NCBI GenBank assembly: GCA_964447495.1
Contig: CAYUTF010000001.1
Location: forward strand, 96,001-160,000
Direction of reading: 5' to 3'
Length of the DNA: 64,000 nucleotides
DNA from: an uncultured archaeon
Lineage (GTDB): Archaea > Asgardarchaeota > Lokiarchaeia > Sigyniarchaeales > SOKP01
Every line of letters begins with the position of its first letter. The stretch's first letter is position 1. The translations under genes were made by a program, and so were the position numbers. The notes under the pieces are model-generated. The model did not search any database. It was not told the origin of the DNA and was given only the letters and a program-made list of their open reading frames with translations. Of this stretch, positions 60,215 to 64,000 are shown one piece after another.

Positions 60215-61258
60215 GTGATTAAGATAATGTATTTCTTACCAACCAGTATTATTTTTATTGCATTTTCTATAGCAACATTGTTGTATGCCGTAAAAGTTCG
60301 GAAAAAAAAAGTGAAAAACCATCAATTTATCAATGAAATCCTTTTAGCATTACTATTACTAACTGCGGGAATTCTTTTTCCATTTATGTATCAATTTCAT
60401 ACACCCTATCTCTCTTTAGATATTTTAAATATTTTATGGTTATTATCATCACTCATATTTTTAATAGAGATGGCTGTATGGATTCTAACTTTGACCTATA
60501 ATGCTGCAGTCTCTATAGAGAATCCCGAGATTATGGCAAAGCGTAATTATAATAAGTATAAAGAGATTGTGAGGAGTAATTGGAGTGACAATATTAAAGA
60601 TGAATTTGGACGAAAAATATTACACTTATTTACATGTTCTGTTGTTTTCATTTTTTGGATAATTGGTATGATCCTTGACCAATTTGGGATTTTGGAAATG
60701 ATGAATCTAGAGATATACACTTTTTCTTATTGGTGGATAATCACTATCGGTTATGCATTTGTATTTATGTTTCAGATTGCTGATTTAGCGCGCTTAAATT
60801 ATTTTTATATGCTTCCTAAATGGGCTAAGAAATGGTATTTATCAATGCGACCCAGTGAATTAGATACGTTTATTGCGTCTACTCCGTTGGTATTATCATT
60901 TGTGCCTTTTACTTTTGCACCATTCCCTATTTTTGCTTCTGTTGCATTAATCACAACTGCTGCTGATGCTGCGGCATGTTTAGTTGGCAAAAAATTTGGA
61001 AAACACCAACTTAAAAAAGGATCTGATAAAACTGTTGAAGGTTTTATAGCAGGAGGTATATGTACTTTTATTATTGTATTTGGTATCATGCATTTATTCA
61101 ATCAATATATCTTAGTAGACAGTGTTAAAATCATTTTAATGGCAACAATTTCAACAATACTGTTTCTAATGGTCGATTATTTTATAAAAAATATATCAGA
61201 TAATATATTAAATCCAATATTGACAGGGTTTGGAATGTGGATAATTTATCTACTCTAA
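60215..61258 (+). CDS. CTP-dependent polyprenol/diacylglycerol kinase family membrane protein
   Basis: RKILH, ADAAACLVGKKFG, KTVEG, SDNILNP. Confidence 0.82.
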   Translation: MIKIMYFLPTSIIFIAFSIATLLYAVKVRKKKVKNHQFINEILLALLLLTAGILFPFMYQFHTPYLSLDILNILWLLSSLIFLIEMAVWILTLTYNAAVSIENPEIMAKRNYNKYKEIVRSNWSDNIKDEFGRKILHLFTCSVVFIFWIIGMILDQFGILEMMNLEIYTFSYWWIITIGYAFVFMFQIADLARLNYFYMLPKWAKKWYLSMRPSELDTFIASTPLVLSFVPFTFAPFPIFASVALITTAADAAACLVGKKFGKHQLKKGSDKTVEGFIAGGICTFIIVFGIMHLFNQYILVDSVKIILMATISTILFLMVDYFIKNISDNILNPILTGFGMWIIYLL

Positions 61259-61263
61259 TAAGC

Positions 61264-61557
61264 CTATCCACCAAAATAGAGATAAAGAAATGTTATATCA
61301 TCATTATTTTTTAAAATTGTATCTAAGAAGCCTTCCTTCCTATAACTCATTCCATTAATGATAATTGAGAGAAAAGAACTAAAATCCCCTGTATTTTTCT
61401 TATCCCAGAGTAGATTATGGAAATCTTCGCCATATTCCTTTTTCAGATACTCTATTAACTCTCTTAATGTAATTTCATTTTCAAACTTGAGTTTCTTATG
61501 AAGGCTTTTTGTCAATTCATTGAATGGAGGTTCAAATGAAAGAGAAAGTTCTATCAA
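61264..61557 (-). CDS. MoaD/ThiS/SAMP ubiquitin-like protein
   Basis: ITLRELIEYL, IIING, LKNNDDITFL, C-terminal GG. Confidence 0.88.
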   Translation of the reverse strand: MIELSLSFEPPFNELTKSLHKKLKFENEITLRELIEYLKKEYGEDFHNLLWDKKNTGDFSSFLSIIINGMSYRKEGFLDTILKNNDDITFLYLYFGG

Positions 61558-61806
61558 TTTAGGTACTCATATTCATATTTTATTTAATCTTAATTCTAGT
61601 GAATTGGGGGATGTTTAAATTTTTGTTGATTATTATATATAGCGAAGTAAATTAAAAGGAAATACGATAAAAATGTTCTATGTATTAATAATTTCAATAT
61701 AAATATCCTTAAATAATGAATGAAAATGAATTTTGTTAAAGTTTTAACAATTAGATTATAAAGTTAGGAATGATATTTTGATTAATGTTAAAGATAGGTA
61801 ATTATT

Positions 61807-62820
61807 ATGGCTCAAGTTATATTTATATCAAGCAGTAATGTCCGTGATGCATGGCTTTCAGCTCTAGCTCAGGTTTTGTATAACGGTGATGATATTAAGA
61901 CAGAATATGATAAAGAGAAAGATCCTCCTTCTAAAGATGCATCAGTTCTAATAGAAATTAAGGAACCAATGAGTGATCCTATTACGAGAAGGGATAAGAT
62001 CATAAAAATAAAAACCAAATATGGAAATTCATTTGAAGTCTATGGATGTATGGCCGACACGTATTTGATTGGTTCAATTCAAAGTGGTTATATCGAAGAA
62101 ATTGTAGAGGGTGTTAATGATCATTACATATGGGAATCGGGCGCAAGTTTTCCCTATTCATATCATGATAGAATATTCAATTATACCCCATTTTCTTTAG
62201 AAGATAGTATTCATGTTAATTATGATTTAGAATTAGTTGATAAAGAATTTGTTAAGACGCATCAAAAATTAGCATATGCAAAGAAAATTATAAAGACGCC
62301 AGAGGGTTTAACGTGGAAATTGAAGGATCGTGTAAATTATAATTTAGACAAGAAAATTTCAGAACAAGTTGGAATCGAAAAAATCCCAATTGGTGTTATA
62401 GATTTCCCCAAAATAAACCAGATTGAGTATATCATTCAGAAATTAAAAGAAAAGCCGTATTCTCGTAGAGCACAAGCAATTACATGGAGACCTCTTGTTG
62501 ATCCCTTCCATTCAGATCCTCCTTGCCTGCAACGTATTTTTATGCGAATTAAAAATAATAAGCTTATTATGCAAACTACCTGGCGGAGTCGAGATTTATT
62601 TAGAGCATGGGAAGCTAATGTAAATGGTATGATCAGAATCCAAAAATATGTAGCGGATCAGCTAAGTGTAGAAATAGGACATTACTTAGATTTTAGTAAT
62701 TCTCTACATATTTACGGAAATACAATAGCAGAACTTGAAGATATGCTAAAACGCATGAAGAATAAGGGCGAAGAATTCCCTAAAGACATTTTAGAATTAA
62801 TTGAAAGAAATATTCCTTAA
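61807..62820 (+). CDS. thyA: Thymidylate synthase, archaeal type, with insertion
   Basis: YSYHDR, SRRAQAITW, DPPCLQ, RSRD, SLHIYG. Confidence 0.88.
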   Translation: MAQVIFISSSNVRDAWLSALAQVLYNGDDIKTEYDKEKDPPSKDASVLIEIKEPMSDPITRRDKIIKIKTKYGNSFEVYGCMADTYLIGSIQSGYIEEIVEGVNDHYIWESGASFPYSYHDRIFNYTPFSLEDSIHVNYDLELVDKEFVKTHQKLAYAKKIIKTPEGLTWKLKDRVNYNLDKKISEQVGIEKIPIGVIDFPKINQIEYIIQKLKEKPYSRRAQAITWRPLVDPFHSDPPCLQRIFMRIKNNKLIMQTTWRSRDLFRAWEANVNGMIRIQKYVADQLSVEIGHYLDFSNSLHIYGNTIAELEDMLKRMKNKGEEFPKDILELIERNIP

Positions 62821-62824
62821 TCAA

Positions 62825-63589
62825 TTATTCTTTATTAAATAGACGTGGGAAAATATTTTTGGTGTTTTGCAGGATTATTTCTTCTAGTTCGTCAATTAGT
62901 ACTTTTTTTATCAAAGATATTTCGTTTAATACATCTTTAATCATAGCCGGAGTCCCTAACTTTCCAGAAAATTTAACAGGACCATCACTTTCTAATAATA
63001 AATGGTTATTATCTAATAATGAGGCTGTTTTTTTAACAGCTGGTGAATATTTTATTGCAGGTGTTATCGAGAAATAATATCCTCGATCGATACCTAATTT
63101 GAGATATTTTTCTGGACCAGAATACCAGTGTATGTTTACATTAGTTAAATTATAAGATGTAAGCGTTTCAAAAATTAGCTTTTCAGCGCCCTTAGTATGT
63201 ACATTAACAGGTAATTGTAATTTCTGAGCTAATGCGAGCATTTGGTTAAATATTTTAATTTGAAGAGGATATAACTCTTTCTCTTTAATAAAATGATGAT
63301 CTAAGCCAATTTCACCGATAGCACACAACTTACTTCCGTTTGAAGTAATCAAATCAATAACAGAATCAAGCTCAGATTCAATATTTTTATTCATTTTTAC
63401 TTCTTCAGGATGAATTCCTAAAGCAGGATATACTGATTCGTATTGTTCCGCAATCTCTAATATTCTTTTTTGACTTAACGCACTCATTCCAACTACAATT
63501 ATTTTATCAATTCCAAAATTTTTGGCTTCATTTATTATTTCATCAATATTTAAGTAAAGATTCATATGACAATGGACATCAATTAACAA
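62825..63589 (-). CDS. tatD: TatD-family hydrolase/DNase
   Basis: DVHCH, GIHP, IGEIGLD, HWYSG, LESDGP. Confidence 0.92.
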   Translation of the reverse strand: MLIDVHCHMNLYLNIDEIINEAKNFGIDKIIVVGMSALSQKRILEIAEQYESVYPALGIHPEEVKMNKNIESELDSVIDLITSNGSKLCAIGEIGLDHHFIKEKELYPLQIKIFNQMLALAQKLQLPVNVHTKGAEKLIFETLTSYNLTNVNIHWYSGPEKYLKLGIDRGYYFSITPAIKYSPAVKKTASLLDNNHLLLESDGPVKFSGKLGTPAMIKDVLNEISLIKKVLIDELEEIILQNTKNIFPRLFNKE

Positions 63590-63646
63590 ATTAAATACCT
63601 TTATGATGATTTATGATATTATACAGAATACAAGTTGATCATTAAC

Positions 63647-63988
63647 TTATAATTGATTTATTTCTTCTCTTAATTTGACAATCTTCATAACCAACTTAAA
63701 TTTACCTTGCGGATATTCTTGTTTTTCTAAATAATTTTTGAACGTTTCCAATTCTTTTAATAAATAGTTTTTAATATCTTCTTTTGTCACAAAACCTAAA
63801 ATTTTAGGGAGAGGTTCAAATTTCTCAATTCTCTTGATTCTCAAGCTTGATATTGCTTTAGCTAATTGTGCTTGAAACCCTTTTGCCTCAGAGATATCTG
63901 CTCCGTCTAACATATCTAAGGAAGTTTGTAAACCGTCAATAAATGCTTCTAAATCTCGGATATCAACCTTTTTATCATCCATAATCAA
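63647..63988 (-). CDS. Hypothetical helical protein
   Basis: 113-aa ORF with host-like codon usage; no motif recognised. Confidence 0.65.
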   Translation of the reverse strand: MIMDDKKVDIRDLEAFIDGLQTSLDMLDGADISEAKGFQAQLAKAISSLRIKRIEKFEPLPKILGFVTKEDIKNYLLKELETFKNYLEKQEYPQGKFKLVMKIVKLREEINQL

Positions 63989-64000
63989 AACTGACGAAAT

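Noticed and set aside
2259-63077. Many short ORFs nested antisense or off-frame within long genes (e.g. 2259-2555, 11886-12245, 35505-35852, 54752-55027)
   Set aside because: They overlap well-supported CDSs and have Ser/Ile/Phe-rich antisense composition with no motifs.
1-64000. CRISPR arrays, tRNA/rRNA genes, IS elements, integrases
   Set aside because: No regularly spaced repeats, GC-rich cloverleafs or transposase/integrase motifs were seen. Poly-A/T tracts (e.g. near 1050, 39030, 40590) are ordinary intergenic or terminator tracts.

Overview
AT-rich (about 30% GC by eye), gene-dense archaeal chromosome segment. Protein styles (archaeal ThyA, SAMP/MoaD, TrmB, AOR, a divergent small GTPase, an SMC5/6-like complex) suggest an Asgard archaeon such as Lokiarchaeia; this taxonomy is inference. 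About 55 CDS; no tRNA, rRNA, CRISPR array or transposase was recognised. The leading candidate for a new system is at 41.9-45.9 kb: a divergent ArsR faces an operon of acr3, a SAM-methyltransferase fused to a full-length HgcA-like corrinoid membrane protein, a Cys-rich HgcB-like ferredoxin, and a ubiquitin-like protein ending in Gly-Cys. This reads as a self-contained corrinoid metal(loid)-methylation module inside an arsenic regulon. Other highlights: (1) a roughly 420-nt, heavily base-paired intergenic element with RNase P-like features (5.9-6.3 kb) and a second structured element (3.66-3.88 kb), flanking an RNase J-like gene; (2) an HTH-BpsA-SpeD polyamine fusion; (3) a PadR operon with a class II UvrA; (4) a BchH-like chelatase with ChlID; (5) an inactive AAA+ / SMC / kleisin / kite operon whose SMC lacks a standard start codon. 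All functional calls come from motif recognition by eye; no searches were run.
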